Source of the DNA: Ostrea edulis
Taxonomy: Eukaryota
Reading direction: 5' to 3'
DNA: 64,000 nt
Assembly (NCBI RefSeq): GCF_947568905.1
Contig: NC_079172.1
Span: 23,250,001-23,314,000, forward strand
This document shows positions 37,034 to 51,004 of this stretch, one piece after another. The notes under the pieces are model-generated. The model was not told the origin of the DNA. It made no database searches and was given only the letters and a program-made list of their open reading frames with translations. Numbering within the stretch: position 1 is the stretch's first letter; every line of letters begins with the position of its first letter. The position numbers and the translations under genes are program-made.

Positions 37034-37245
37034 GGAACAACACAATTTCTCATTAATACAAATCAGAATTCAATTTGTTTTGCGAGTGTCAATAAACTGA
37101 TAAAGCCTCAAGTTATAATCAAAACAAACATTGGAATACAGTGATATTCATATACTAACAAACTAGTACATATGTATATACATGTATATATATGGATGAT
37201 CAGATTAATTGGAAATCGGCTATCAAACAGGATATACGGTTCTGC

Positions 37246-37352
37246 GTAAACGGTTCCCCAGCAGTCCGATATTACACACATCCACTCCCTCAGACACGTA
37301 AACGGTTCCCAAGCAGTCCGAGATTACACACATCCACTCCCTCAGACACGTA
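37246..37352. repeat. 52-bp direct duplication about 210 bp upstream of the TNF-D ATG
   Basis: gtaaacggttcc(c/c)(c/a)agcagtccga(t/g)attacacacatccactccctcagacac x2, with 2 differences. Confidence 0.95.
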
Positions 37353-38802
37353 ACAACACATTGCTTTCTTGACCTTTTCTTCATTTTAATTTCAAAATTA
37401 TAAAAAAAAAAAAAATCAAATTATTCTAATATTAAAAGCGTGAAATCAGTGCGAAGCTGTATTTAATATTTATATACATGTATACGTTGCAAATATTCAG
37501 GATTCCCAGTTCAGAAGACTGTTTCTTCATGTACATTGTATATATTAAGTATACACCCGTTCCAAGGAAGCCGTCCGAGATAACGCACTCAAATGCATGT
37601 GCAGGTATTGACATACACTACCCATCATAAAAAGTATACACATAAGGTTTTCGTTTTTTATAATACACATTTTGGAATGAAAATTATTCAATATAATGAA
37701 AAAGAGCTGAATCCACTGTGTATAACTTTCTATCAGTAAAATAATCATTTAAGGGTGCAACTTCAATTTTTTTGAAACAATAATGGACATTCAATATTTT
37801 TGGCTTACTCTGTTAAATTGTGACATTGATTTATTTAAGGTGAAAAATCAAATGGTCTTCTAAAAGTATACATTTAATACACAATAATATGTATTAGTAA
37901 TTAGTTTAAAATGGTTTCAAGATAAAAGTTTGCATAATATCTCTTTTTAGAAAATTCAAACCTTCAGAAATGAAGTATTTTGATATAAAATAAGGATATA
38001 AAAAGTTGAAAGCCTAAGGTCATCTACTCATATGTAAGAGTTATGTATTTTGCATCGAAAAATCTGTATCTATGATGTAACCCGTATTCATTATGCACAA
38101 GTAACTTATTTTGGTGAGTGTACACTTATTTATGGTGGGCAGTGTAGTAGTAAGCAGGGGTCAATTCCGCAGCAGATCAATCCCCAACTGTTACTGAGAG
38201 AGGACTAATTTTCTACAATCAGGACGCTACGATGTATTGATAACAGGTAATACGTACATACGAGTATCATCGGTATATTTCGTACTTCCATTACTACAAA
38301 AATTCTATAAAAGAAATAAAACACACTGCAAAAAATTCAATGCATTATGATTTGTAAAAGGATTCATGAACACATATTACAGATCAATTTCTCTGATAAG
38401 AATGAACATTCAATGGATTTCGAATACGGAAGGTGTAACCTTTCGTCACATAGGTACCAGTATACCACTTTAGTTCATTATACACTGACATGAGTCTTTT
38501 GTACAGTCCTAAATTCAATGAACACTCACCTAATGATGTACAAGAAGTTAAGGACGTATACCACACCACAGAAAACTGTTATGGATGAAAAGAGGTGTGG
38601 GAGGGGGAAATTACAATAACTGAAATCTTTTAGAATTAACTTTATCTAGTGAAAAAAAATGCAGTTTTAGAAGAACGTAACCCGGGGGGTGGGGGGGGGG
38701 GGGGGGTGAAAACCCCTCCAAGACTTGAATTCCCCATCTACAGATCAGAACTCCCCATTTACAAATCAGAAACTCTGCAAGTTAAAACTTTTAGCTAATA
38801 CC

Positions 38803-39815
38803 ACCTTCACACTCACGGATTTTTCTTACGAGTTCTTACGGATCTCCGACTCGTAGTCAATCGCAAGCATTCGTAAATCACTCGTCGGTATCCGTTAATA
38901 ACTCGTCACAACTGGCACACACTCGTAAGGATCCGTGAAAGTAGGGACAACTTTTTTGACATGTCAAAACAAATTTTTCACGATTATCCACGGATTTCAT
39001 TTCCCGTAAATAACTTGTAACAATCCGGAAGTATCGTAAACTGGTCGCAAGAACACGTAAACTGCTCGTAAAAATCCGTAATTTTTTTTAACGAATCTTT
39101 GCGGTTAGTTTACGATATGTTACGGATAGTTTACGAGTTGTTTACAGTTTATTACGAATGCCTAAGTGATATTTACGATTTCTTTCACGTCGGGTTACAA
39201 TCGCTTTACGGATTGTTCAGAGTCATTACGAGCACTTTACGTATAGACAGGATACTTTACGAGTACATACTTAAACTTTACGATTAAGGAAAGGTATAAA
39301 AGACGCAAAATCTGACAGTTTCTTTCAGTTGCTATCAAGACATCAAAGAAGTTACCTATCTTGCATACAATATACATACATGCTGTTACAAGTAATGCCA
39401 GCTGTCGAATGATGATACAAAGTCAATTGCGAACACTTCTGAGTTAAAAACGTAAACAATCGTAACTAACTCCTAACTATTCGTAACATCACGTTATCAA
39501 CACGTTAACAGGTCGTGATTTACACGTAAAAGCTAAGCTAAATCGTAAATTTCCGCAATATACTCGTAACAATCCCTAAAAAGCTCGTAAAATGTCGTAA
39601 ATTGCTCGTATTTATCCGTGTTCACTCGGAACAAATCGTAAATGTGTGCCGTAAATGCATCGCAAGAACTCGTAATAGACCGCAAATGGCCCGTTAATAC
39701 TCTTAAAACGTTCTTAAATAGCTCTTTAAAGTGTCTAAATCGTAACAATCCGTGTACTTTTACGGATTTGTGGAATACGTAAGGATCCGTAAGAAAAATT
39801 CGTGAGTGTGAAGGT
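38803..39815. mobile_element. ~1-kb non-autonomous TIR DNA transposon with a tacg/cgta-rich interior
   Basis: TIRs accttcacactcacggatttttcttacg / cgtaagaaaaattcgtgagtgtgaaggt; no transposase. Confidence 0.8.
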
Positions 39816-40230
39816 ACCATAATCAGTTAAGAACTTAAGTGTAAAAGGACAGAAATATATTACTGAATTTTTGGTATAATTTATGGTTTTAAAGGAAGTT
39901 GACCATTATGACAATGTGTTATTCTTCTTCAACAAATCTTAATTCAAACAAGATACGATTACAATCTGCCTATCAAAGTCTCCCAAATGAAGTACTGGCT
40001 GTATAAAAGGCCTTTTTCTGAGTACTACCATTTTCATTAACTCCCTTGCACAAAATCCATGCCAATTTTAATCATAAAGACCTTAATTTAAAAAAAATCC
40101 CCTAATTTCATTTAGTAAAACTGGTGTCATTTAATTTTGATCTTAGCTTGTGGGTCCCAATATCCTCTCATCACTTCTGAAGATTCTAGGTCCCAATCAG
40201 ATCTGGTTCTAAAGTTGTACAATCCTGTGG

Positions 40231-40470
40231 AGATCTGGCTTAGAATAAGTCCTCAGTACCCCTTGCTTGTCAAAAGAGGTGACTAAATGGGGCGGTCCTT
40301 CAGATGAAATTGAAAAACCGAGGTCCCGTGTCACAGCAGGTGTGGCACGATAAAGATCCCTTCCTGCTTAAAGGCCATAAGCGCCAAGCATAGGCCTAAA
40401 TTTTGCAGCCCTTCAATGTTGACTTCTCCATATGAGTGAAAAATTCTCAAAAGGGATGTTAAACAATGTA
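40231..40470 (+). mobile_element. SINE, partial, nested in a degenerate repeat (~40030-41030)
   Basis: Core gtgtcacagcaggtgtggcacgataaagatccc and tail atgagtgaaaaattctc. Confidence 0.75.
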
Positions 40471-41744
40471 CAATAAGTTTTCATGTTTTTTCAGCTTTTA
40501 AATATTACAATAAGTTTTCATGATCAAGGTCACTGGAGTCACTTAACCTTGATACTAGTTGAAGCCTATCACCCTTTTATCATTTCTGAAGATCCCATGT
40601 TTTTAATAGTCTCGATTCTAAAGTTATACCAGCTTTTATGTTCATGGTAATAGGTGAAGGTCACTGGAGTTCTTTGAAGTTTGTAGTCCTGTCATTCTCT
40701 TCTCATTTCAAGGATTTTATCTATCATATTCGTTAAATCTGTTGAATTTTGGAATTGCGTGTAATTTCCCCCCCATAGATTTCAATGTTAGACCTCACTC
40801 CTATTTGATCCCCCCTCCAAAATGTACCCTAATCTCCTGAAATCTGATGTACACAACTACTTACATTGGCCTTTCATAACCTTGAATACCTAATACTTTC
40901 ATCTATGAGTTATGGAGAATGCCTGTTGGACATTTTCAGACACGAGGAAGAAGAAGAACACGAAGAGGAAGGATAACAACAAAAACTGAGCAAACACAAC
41001 AAGTCTCCAAACTTTGTTAGGGACACTTAAATACCATCAAAAAGAAGTTTGTTCACAAGAGTTTCATGGTGCCGTAAAACATACATTAATCTTGAAAATC
41101 TATTGCACCTCCACCACTTGTGTGAAAGGTTTTAAAGAAACATTGGCTGTCAAAGCCAGGTTTGCCGATTATAACCAATTTTACTAAAACAGAAAAAAAA
41201 ACCAAATAAATACATGCATCAAAATTCATACATCCTTCAAAACTTTTGTTGTAATTTTGGAATAAACTTTCTTTTTGTTTAATAAAGAAATGATGTGCAG
41301 AACAATTAATAAAGTGTAATGCTTTTCTCATAGATATGGTTTTGTCATAGTTTGGGCCGGAAACATTGTCTATGATATCAAAACTGGGGGACTTTAGTGG
41401 CCTGTCTTCAAATACATGTAGAAGTAAATAGTTTAACAGCAATATCTAGCAATCATAATCTGTTAAACAAATTGTTCCTGTGCAAAATCATTATTCAAAA
41501 GACGTAAAAAAAAATATTCCAATCAGAGGTTCAGAAATCTTTAATCTGAGTGTTACCTGTTTATTGAAATACACATATATAAAAACAGTATAAATCTAAT
41601 ACATATAATTAATCTATGTGTATAAAGAAAGATGAACACTCATCACAACTGATTAATGCGAGAATACCTTGTTTTATTACTGCTGTTCAGTAGATATGAT
41701 TATTGATCTGATGCACAACCCTGTATAAAAATTTGATCTGTAAC

Positions 41745-44700
41745 CTATGTCTGTTGTTTGTACACATCATGCTGTATATTGGCGACAACACAACCAAATG
41801 TGCTCATCACCGTGGGCAACTCTTGCCCCTCCACCCAAGTCTGTTTGCCATTTTCTTCCTTTAACCAACACAGGCCAGCCATCCAACTCTTGTCATCTTC
41901 ACCACCCACAATTAAAATTGTATTGCTGTATTTTACAATGCCTGAAATGGATCAAATACATGTACAGAACATGCATGTATCAAGAGGGAAAAGACATCTC
42001 TTTGAAGCATTTTTTCTTTCTTCTTTTTTTTTTGTTTTTTGTTTTGGTGTGTACGAGTGCCTATTTATAAAATTCATACACATAACAAAAATATTTGCCG
42101 ACTTTTAAATGAAGAAAGGGAGATAATGAGTGTTCAAATATATTCAATCTTGTAAAATACAACCTTACTTTAAATCATATATTTCCACTAATCGGAAATA
42201 TAAAAGACTTATAAATGCCTTATGTGATTTCTCTTACAAACGCTAATCCATGTTTATTTTACCTGCTCCACAGAGAGCATTTGGAAGTTCTGGGCCCTCA
42301 CTCCAGGTGTCTGAGGCTGGATCAAACACTTCTACTGAACTCACACAATGTTCAGGGAGGAACTCCTTCTTCCATTTATCACTGAGTTCTGAATTTCCTC
42401 CTATAAATCAAAGGAAAAGCTCAGTTCATTAACTAACTTTTATATAAATGTCAAGAAGTATAAACATTAAGAAAACAATCTAGAAAAACTAGAACTGTTT
42501 TAATGGGACTAAAACCTCTGCATGGCCTATTCCTAATCTGTTATATTTTGAATGTGTCATAGAAAGCAAGATTTCAAATTCAGAAGTGTGTCTCAAAAAT
42601 CGAGATCCTGACTGATGTTGACGTCCCAATAATAAATGGATGAATGAAAAGCAGACAGACATGCACACAGACAGACTAGGCAAAACCAGTTTATATTGTC
42701 CCAATAATGGATGGATAAAAAGATGGATATGGTGACAGCAATACACCCCCAAAAGCTGTATGTAGGGGTTAGGAAACTGGAAGAATGTACAAAAATATGA
42801 AAAAATAATGACAAAATTGAGCAAATCAATCTGAAATTGTAAATGCACAGCCTCCAAGAAAATCTCCAGAAAGCCATACAAAGTAAAATCCACTTGCTCC
42901 AGTTAACCTGTCAATAAACCTTTTCTTTTCAAACAAAATATAAGTAAATGATGCCTTCATATATACACGTATACAAACAACAGCTAAGTTGGTACATGTA
43001 GTAATCCATTTGCAGCAAGCATGAATTCAAATCCTTTTCAGGCCTGACCCTCAATTTTAAATTGATTTGTGACTGTTTGTTCCCTTACCAAACACTTGGC
43101 AAGAGAAGTGAAATTCACATGTTCTTCAAATGCAGTCATTTCAATAACCTGAGATTTCATCACAACAAGCACTAATACATGTTATGATAAAGATTCCTTA
43201 CTCTAGAGTGCATAGAATAGATTACATTTGGCTTAATACACATAATGCTGGTTTTGTTTTCATTCAGGTGAAATATTCATTCTGGGATATATAATATTTT
43301 ATACAGGTACATCCTCACACCAAATAATTCCTTACATACATTCATATTAAAGTTGTTGTTTTGGTCATAGCAGGGCTTTTTATTTTATTTTATACCAATC
43401 TAAAAAATGTATGTAGTCTGTAGCATTCAAGCATGACTTCCAGTATGCACCCATGCAGGTATGCACTAGCTAAAGTTTATAGTCTCTTGGGATGTGACCA
43501 TTTCTAAAACATTTTACCTTGATGGCAGGCAACAGCATACATTCTCCACTACTTCCCTGACCTTTTGCTGTTATTTCAAAACACTTAAACCATGGTAATA
43601 TCATTTTCTAATTATTGCAAGGAGTGTTTGCCAAAAATATACACTAGCCCAATCTGGATTATATTAGTATACAGTGACTTTATCATGCCTCAGACAAAAT
43701 TGTTGATATCTAATTGGTCACATGATGCCGTGAAAAAAAAACCGCATCATGCGAGAAAAATCCGTATTGAGTGAGTAATTTACTGTCTGGTTCAACTTGC
43801 AACAGTGACAAAATACAAAAGGAAAGGCATTTGACAAAGTCGTATGATATAGATCCCCACATATACAGTTAGGTCTTTGATGTGATAAATTCATTACAGT
43901 TAATTAGTGACCTGATACGGAAAAATACATGGTGTGAAAAGAAAACCTGTCTTGTTTTCTTTTCACACCATGTATTTCTCCATATCAGGTCACTAACTAA
44001 CTGTGTAACTAATAATATCAATTTTGACATTACTGGCCCAAATTCTTCATAACAATAGTAATACAATAAAAGATATTGGTACACTGGTGATAGATTTTGA
44101 CAATATCATCTTAGTTTAGTATGTTTTTCATCTGTCTTCAGTCAAATAAAATTAGAACATCTATCTGGGTCGTTTAGTCATGTTTTTATTAGATATTCAT
44201 ATCATGCACCAAATCACAGCAAAATTTGGACTCTATAATCTCTTAAGCACAAACAAAACACCTTTTTTATCATTTCAAAAAAAATAAAAATAAAAAAATC
44301 CCCAAAAGTCACATGAAATATTTGAGAGCTTGTACAATGTATTACTTTTTCATGGTGAAATCATACAAGGTGCTTAAATAAACCACCTAACCCAGTCATA
44401 TTTGGGTGTACCAACATTTACTAGCCGGAAGTTTTACTTGTGTTTTGGTACATAATGCATAGGTTCGGAATATTCTACATCAATCTATATTTGTAACTCA
44501 CCTATCACATAAATCTTGTCTTTATGTACCACACATCCTGCCAACACTCTGGATGTAGACATGGGAGGTAACTCCACCCAGGTATCATCAGCTGGATCAT
44601 ACCTGTAATATCCAGATTGCATTGAAATCAACCTACAACACCCAGTAATGTAATCATATCATTTTGCTCATCTTCTTAAGTTTTGATTTTTTATGCATCC

Positions 44701-47700
44701 TCTTGCTTTCCATTTCATATAGATTTTGTGATCTGACATTGTTTAAAATCCAAGGTAAACCGTATGTATACTGTAATTTCAATTTCAAAATCTGTCCATC
44801 TCTAATGTGTGCTAAGTACAGGCAAAGTTGAATAAAACTGTAGCAGTAGATAGGACACATATCTAGGTGCCTACAACAATACTACACTATACAATGACAA
44901 ATATGCCCAAGATCTACACACAAAAACCTTTGAGACCAAAATTGTTTAAAAAACCTCCAAAAATAAAGATATATATATATACAATTTAGCTGCAACTGTG
45001 AAGTTTGAATAATGTTTTAAAAAATGCATCTTGCAGATTGACTTTGTCTTAATTTGGAAGGAAACACGGAGAAAATCCAATAGTTCTATGTGCTTGCTTC
45101 TCACAATGCAGACAGAAATGTGACAGTATATACCTGTATGCTGTTTTACTGATTTTGTCGGTTGTTTCTCCTCCAAACACATAAAGTTTTCCTCTGTAGC
45201 TAATGCTGGTCATAAATCTCAGAGGTATTGCAAGAGGAGCCACAAGTATCCAGGCATTGGTGTGCGGGTCGTAACGTTCAACTGCACTCAGAATTTCTGA
45301 TCCATCCTGACCACCAATTGCAAAAGCAAATCTGTAGAATTGATATAAAATCTTAATTTGATATAAAACCAAGCTTACTAAATTTTGAGCAGAGCATATG
45401 ACAGAGTGGGATAGTGAGTAGAGGTGGTAAGTGGTAAGTGGAAAATGGGTACACAATATTACATTTTGTGTCTTTAGACAAGGCTGTTTATCTGCAATGT
45501 CTCAGTCCATCAGGTATCTTATGTACATTCTACGGGGAATCTTTGACTTCCATTTACGTATGGCACCAGGAAAACAAGAGACCAATATAAATTGATTTGC
45601 AGGATCTATTCTTGGGCATCAAAAGAAAGCACATCCAAAACAAATTCCTAATTTATCAAAAAATTCACAAATAATATATCTTTTATGCTATTCAATGGGC
45701 ATGGTGGATGCATTTTCAATCTCCAAAAACAAATAAGAAATCAACATAAGAAAAAAATAAGAGATGTTTTAGAAACACATATGCCCCCATGTGGCAATAT
45801 TGAAAAGGATAAAACTTTTCATTTTAGAATGTCTGCAGTGATGGTGACAAATATGGGTTATCTACTAGTCAGTAATAACCATAATAATTAGTTTTATCTC
45901 TGAAGATACTGAGCAGACATTTCCAAATAAGCAGTCATTTGAGTCATGACATTTGACCTTGTGATCTTAAAACCAATGGGAGCCATGTACAATTTAGGAA
46001 ACACCAGTGTACCAAGTTTGATGTCTGTCAAGGATATGGTTTTCAAGATATTGAGTGAATAAAATTTTATTTCCAGTTTGACTCTTCACCCTGAAATCTC
46101 AAAATTGATACAGGTCATGTTCTCCTTTATAGGTAGAACCAGAGTACCAAGTTTGATATCTATCGAGCAAAGCATTTTCAAGATATTGAGCAGAAAATAT
46201 CTTACTATGTCCAGTTTGACCCTGAACCTTCTGACCTGAAAAAAATTGGGGTCATCTATTATCTAGGGGCAACCACTGTACCAAGTTTGGTAACTTTCAA
46301 GCAAAGGGTTCTTAAGATATTGAGTGGTCTAGCTAAACACCAACCAACAGGTTCAAAACAATATGTCCCCTCTTTTTTAAAAAGTGGGAAAGGGGGGCAT
46401 AAATGTGAGAAATAGTAATTACCCGTCAACAATGACCAAAGAAAACTGTGAACGGGACATGTGCATTTTGGCTTTTGGAGTCCAACTCTTCTCTATCTGG
46501 TCAAACACATAAAAGGTATTGGATACCCCCTCAGTTGTTACTGATCCTCGATAGTTCAGCTTTCGTATGGATCCCCCTGCCAAGTAAATCTGGTTATCTC
46601 CAGTAATAGCACATCCTACAAAGAAATTAAAAATGATAGATCATACATGCATGTCTGACAATTTAATAGTATGTAGATTTCACAGCTAACCAATTTCAGC
46701 ACTTACTGAGATGAATATGAATGATATGCAACCATATCTTTGTTGTTATCACTTTCACATGCAAGAGAAATCAAATCATGCAATCAAATACAACCGAGCT
46801 CTGTACCATTACAAACCTGGAGTATATAAGCTTTGTGGCAATTTACAAATAGTAATGACTTCTCCAGTTTTTGGTAACAGCATTTCCATACTATTGAACT
46901 TTTTCATTTGTTCCTCTGTATAAGGATTTGCAATGATCATCACTCCAGTTTCATAAACCATTCCTTTTCGAGGCATGAGGTTCAAATCCATTTCATGCTG
47001 TCTGTTGCGTAGCATATGAAAGTACCTCACAGTGTCCAGGACTTTCCTCAGAGATTCACAATCTTTCAGTGTTTTACTTCTGTCAATTCTATCACAGAAA
47101 TAATATGAGCTAATATTTGCAAATCTAACACAATTCATGATTTCCATGAGATGTGCCATTCTTTTCTCTTTGTCTGTCATGAGCCATTCCATGCAAGCTT
47201 CATATACAATTTCTTCATTGGTCACATTAATCTCATCATCACTAATAATCTCAACTAATTTATCTGAGGGTAAAGACAAAAATTCCTGTTGCTTGCAGAG
47301 AACAGAAAATTGATTGTTGACAATTTCTTTGGCTTTTGTGGCAAGGTCAGTACATTCATGGGCTTTAGCAAAGAAATAGACCCCAATACAGTTTGATACA
47401 GTAATGTGATTCATCATGAATTCTGCACATCCACTTCTAAGTGAAAGCAGTTGAAATCTGTTGGAGGCTGACAGTAAATGCTGTACTGTTTCCTCGGACA
47501 GCATGACTTGTCCTGTGTAGATGTAGTCCAGCACCAGACCCATAGTCAGTGGATCTAACTCCTTCAAAGTGATTTTGTTCTGTTGACTTTCTGCCATATT
47601 CGTAGAAAACATGGCCATGAAGAAAGGACTTGATATTGCAAGAACATTTTTGTGACACGGAAATTCTGCTTCATCCACACACAGTGTCACATCCACAAAT

Positions 47701-47855
47701 TCTTTTTCTTTGTACAGTTTTGAGAATCCTTGGAGCAAATTTATAGCTCGTTCTTTGTCCACAAACTTATCTTCATTGTGAGAGTCATACTGGGTTTGGG
47801 AATCCAGCATACCGTCCTGGTCTTGGGTACTAGGAGGGTCATCTGGGCTGTTCAT
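41745..47855 (-). CDS. Kelch-like protein (BTB-BACK-Kelch), 6 coding exons, 621 aa
   Basis: Exons 47855-46817 (BTB: FVDVTLCVDEAEFPCHKNVLAISSPFFMAMF; BACK), 46615-46423, 45331-45134, 44602-44502, 42400-42263 and 41941-41745. They carry GG...VERYDP...W kelch repeats; 1866 nt in frame. An acceptor 6 nt before the ATG implies an upstream non-coding exon. Specific KLHL orthologue not assigned. Confidence 0.93.
43897..44003. mobile_element. Hairpin element in a kelch intron
   Basis: cagttaattagtgacctgatacgg...gaaaagaaaac / gttttcttttc...atatcaggtcactaactaactg. Confidence 0.7.
45900..46403 (+). mobile_element. Diverged copy of the HINE family seen at 22891
   Basis: ccagtgtaccaagtttgatgtctgtcaag monomer and tcccc...ggggggcat 3' hairpin. 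Confidence 0.7.
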
Positions 47856-48056
47856 TTTCTCCTAAAACAGTAGTTTGAATTTTCAGATATCTAAAATATA
47901 TCGCATTGATTTAATTTTTTCAACCACATTCATGTCTACATGTTAGTAATTGTGTGCATGCTGGGTATTTTGGAGAGATCTAAAGCTAGCAAGAATCTAA
48001 TACAGGACTTCAATTGTTCATGATTTAAGGAAGTTTGCTCCTGAGCTTTTGAGCAC

Positions 48057-48960
48057 AATACGCAACTTCTGAGATATCAGCTCTTCTGTGGTAGAGGTAC
48101 GTTCAGTGTTCTGTTGAACACTTGGGTGGGTACAAGATGTATACATATATTAATTATTATATACTTTCAATTTTATCTCTTCTTTTTTCTTTAAAAGTTT
48201 GCGGGCATATATCACACGATATATGCCCGGAAACATTCCGGCCCGCAAACATTACGTCACAATCAATACACAAGCAAATTACTACGTCGTTCATTTTCAA
48301 ATTTTTCGTGTTTTTCATCTTTTACTCAGTTAAACCAATAAAGAAATTGTAAAAAAATAAATCATTGTTAGTTTCTAAATGAAATTGAAAGTACATAATA
48401 AAAAGGTTATAGACTTTGTATGGGAAATATGACGACCTTGTTTTTTGTCGCGAACGGACCTCGCAAGCTCGGTCCATCTACGCGCCCAAAAACTCGGTCG
48501 TCATATTTTCCCATACAAAGTCTATAACCTATAATTATAGACTAGCTATGTAAATAAAGATAAAAGTTATGAAAGTGTAAATTTTGCTTATATCAGCCGT
48601 TGGTATACAGTAAACTGACCATATCAAGAATAATATTTGATTGAATTAGGTCATTAAATTAAATATGAAATTATTTTATATTTCCTCTTCTGCACGAGTG
48701 ATATTTTAATCAAAGAAAATGGTGATTATTGATTTTTGTTTGAGCTATTTTATTATTAAATACTAATAAACTTACTAATATTGTGTGTCCTTGCAATTTG
48801 GGTGGTTGCATGATGTCTGATAATCAGCCTTTAGGCAATATATGAAGGCAGCGATAAGCATTTGTACCCACCGCGTGTGGACGATAGTATGTTTTGCGTC
48901 TCACTGTGCGTAAGAGTTCCATAAAGGGAAAAAACGATTGGGCAACTCGGAAATTGCATA
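48057..48960. repeat. Copy 2 of the ~520-bp repeat, interrupted by a ~400-bp insert ending in a long hairpin (48404-48530)
   Basis: Both flanks align to 27234-27755; hairpin arms aggttatagactttgtatgggaaatatgacgacc / ggtcgtcatattttcccatacaaagtctataacct. Confidence 0.85.
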
Positions 48961-49450
48961 TTGTGCAGGATGCTACAACTAAGTATTTACTGGTTCAATA
49001 CTGATCCCATTGGTGAAAACATATTACACATCTATTACTGAACCCTATGCAGTTGAATTTTTTTTGTGTCAATTCAAATTTTGAAAGGGTTTTGCAGGGA
49101 CTATATTTCCTCGCAGAAAGATTGATTAATCAAAAAGTTCTAAATCTGCGTGATATTACAGTTTCTGGTTCATAAAATATATCTTCTATTTTTATACTCC
49201 TATAACATACACAATGTAAGATAAGTTTATTCCAATTTTGGGCCTATATGTGTATTTCAGTTTTATAATTTATGATACAAGTAGTTGAGACTTGGAACTA
49301 TAGATCAAATGCTGTAATTTAATACAAAATATTTATGTAGCTACGCATGTTCAAATGGTAGCATCATCAGCATATTATTCAAAGAAATAGTTTCAAGTAT
49401 TACTTGTATCTCATAGTATCTAGGATCCCTGGAAATTTGTCATTACGTTG

Positions 49451-50067
49451 GGGCATACCTAATTGAAGACCTACGGGTAATTGAAGACCTACAGAAGACT
49501 TACAGAAGATCTACAAAAATGTGGGCTATATACATCAAAACTAATATGATTTTCTGATTAAGTATGTCTCAAATATAAAATAAACACAAACAATTTTGAT
49601 GAAAATAAATTTTAAAGTGTATTTATAAAGCTCGGTATGGGGAACATTTTTTTCTATTAGACGACCTAATGCAAGAGCGACAACTCGCATAAATATATAT
49701 CTGCAAAGCAGCTGTTCAATTGTTATTCATTTCTTTTATTTTTTAAGATACAATTTTGAAACATTTTCCCGATCTTTTAACAAAGAAAATATACAAGAAA
49801 TAATTATTAATTGAACAGCCGATTTGCAAGTATGGCATTTATACGAGTTATCGTTCTTGCGCTAGATCGTCAAAAGAGAAAAATAGTTGCCCCTACCCAG
49901 CTTTGAAAATGCACTTTAAAACTTATTTTTATCAAACTTTTTTGTTTATAATATTAGATATTTGAGACATGCTTAATGAGAAAATCATATTAGTTTTGAT
50001 GTAAATAGCCTTTTTGTAAGTCTCCCATAGGTCTTCAATTACCTGTGGGTCTTCAATTATGCAGGCC
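49451..50067. mobile_element. Foldback element with ~270-bp inverted arms and a 9-bp TSD (Mutator-like)
   Basis: Arms begin with repeated aattgaagacc motifs; flanks attacgttg / gttacgttg. Confidence 0.75.
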
Positions 50068-50911
50068 GTTACGTTGTATTGTTTTGATATAATTTTTAGA
50101 ATCTACTAGATGTTATTAATTAGAGTCAAGCCAATTATCAAATGCATTGTTATTTCAAGAAATCAGAACATATATTTTCATGTTTAACATGTGACACTAA
50201 CATATTGTACAGAGGGTTGTAAACTGTTCTAGAATATGTAGAAGACGTTATGAAGTGTAAGAGCGTGTTTACACTCAGTCGTACTTCTAGGAATATCGAA
50301 TATAACACCTGGTTAATTACTGAATTACTCTGGTACCGTACTTATAATAGTATAGAAGTTTTATACTAGGTACAATATCTAAAACCACAACATTTCAACA
50401 AACTGTTGCACAAATCTTATTTAGTTGACTGATCAAGTAACGGCAAGATAAAATGTAAACAATACCATTTCGAATTTCCTCTATATGGCACAGTGCATTT
50501 TGATTACTTCATCACCGAGGTAGTGGCATATTCCAAAAGAAAATTTACAAAGTTCCATTTTATCATTACAAATAATTATCCGAATACAATTTCTTCAGTA
50601 AATTTCCATTTTTAGCAAGAGCACCATGTGCACGATAAAAAAATATTTTGATATTTTTGTTGAATTTTTATTAGCTTTTCCACCGGAAGCAGCAGAGTGA
50701 CTTCCCTTTAAAAGTAGTGCGTGTATGATTTCCTCATTAAAATAATTTTACACTGCATTTTGTATAATTATACACAGATAGAAGTCAAATTTACTTTAAA
50801 ATTCACTTGTATTAATTAAACAACGGATATGTTTCATCTACTTATTTATTTCAATTTTGCAATCAAACTATTTCTTTTCGGTCGCCGTGCGGAATGACAT
50901 TGCTAAGTCGT

Positions 50912-50924
50912 GTTCCTTAGTAAC
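50912..50924 (+). promoter_or_regulatory. Candidate RFX X-box upstream of EFHC2
   Basis: GTTCCTTAGTAAC (perfect RGYAAC half-site) 80 nt before the ATG of a ciliary gene. Confidence 0.4.
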
Positions 50925-51004
50925 CACACAAACTCTTCACTGTGTTGGTTTCAGTCAATGTTCATGTGGTAGTGTATAACCGGGGAAAGACAAAAAATTA
51001 AGCT

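Noticed and set aside
36734-37045. ORF-track starts at TTG/GTG (37045, 703, 27242)
   Set aside because: Eukaryotic genes: the real boundaries are the ATG at 37033 and the splice acceptors at 709 and 27164.
16830-37510. NF-kB-like sites near TNF genes (e.g. ggggaatttc ~16836, gggaatcc ~37500)
   Set aside because: Imperfect matches, at a frequency expected by chance.
43065-43567. Two short open segments with good donors in a kelch intron
   Set aside because: The kelch repeat is already complete across 44502->42400, and their phases cannot rejoin the frame.
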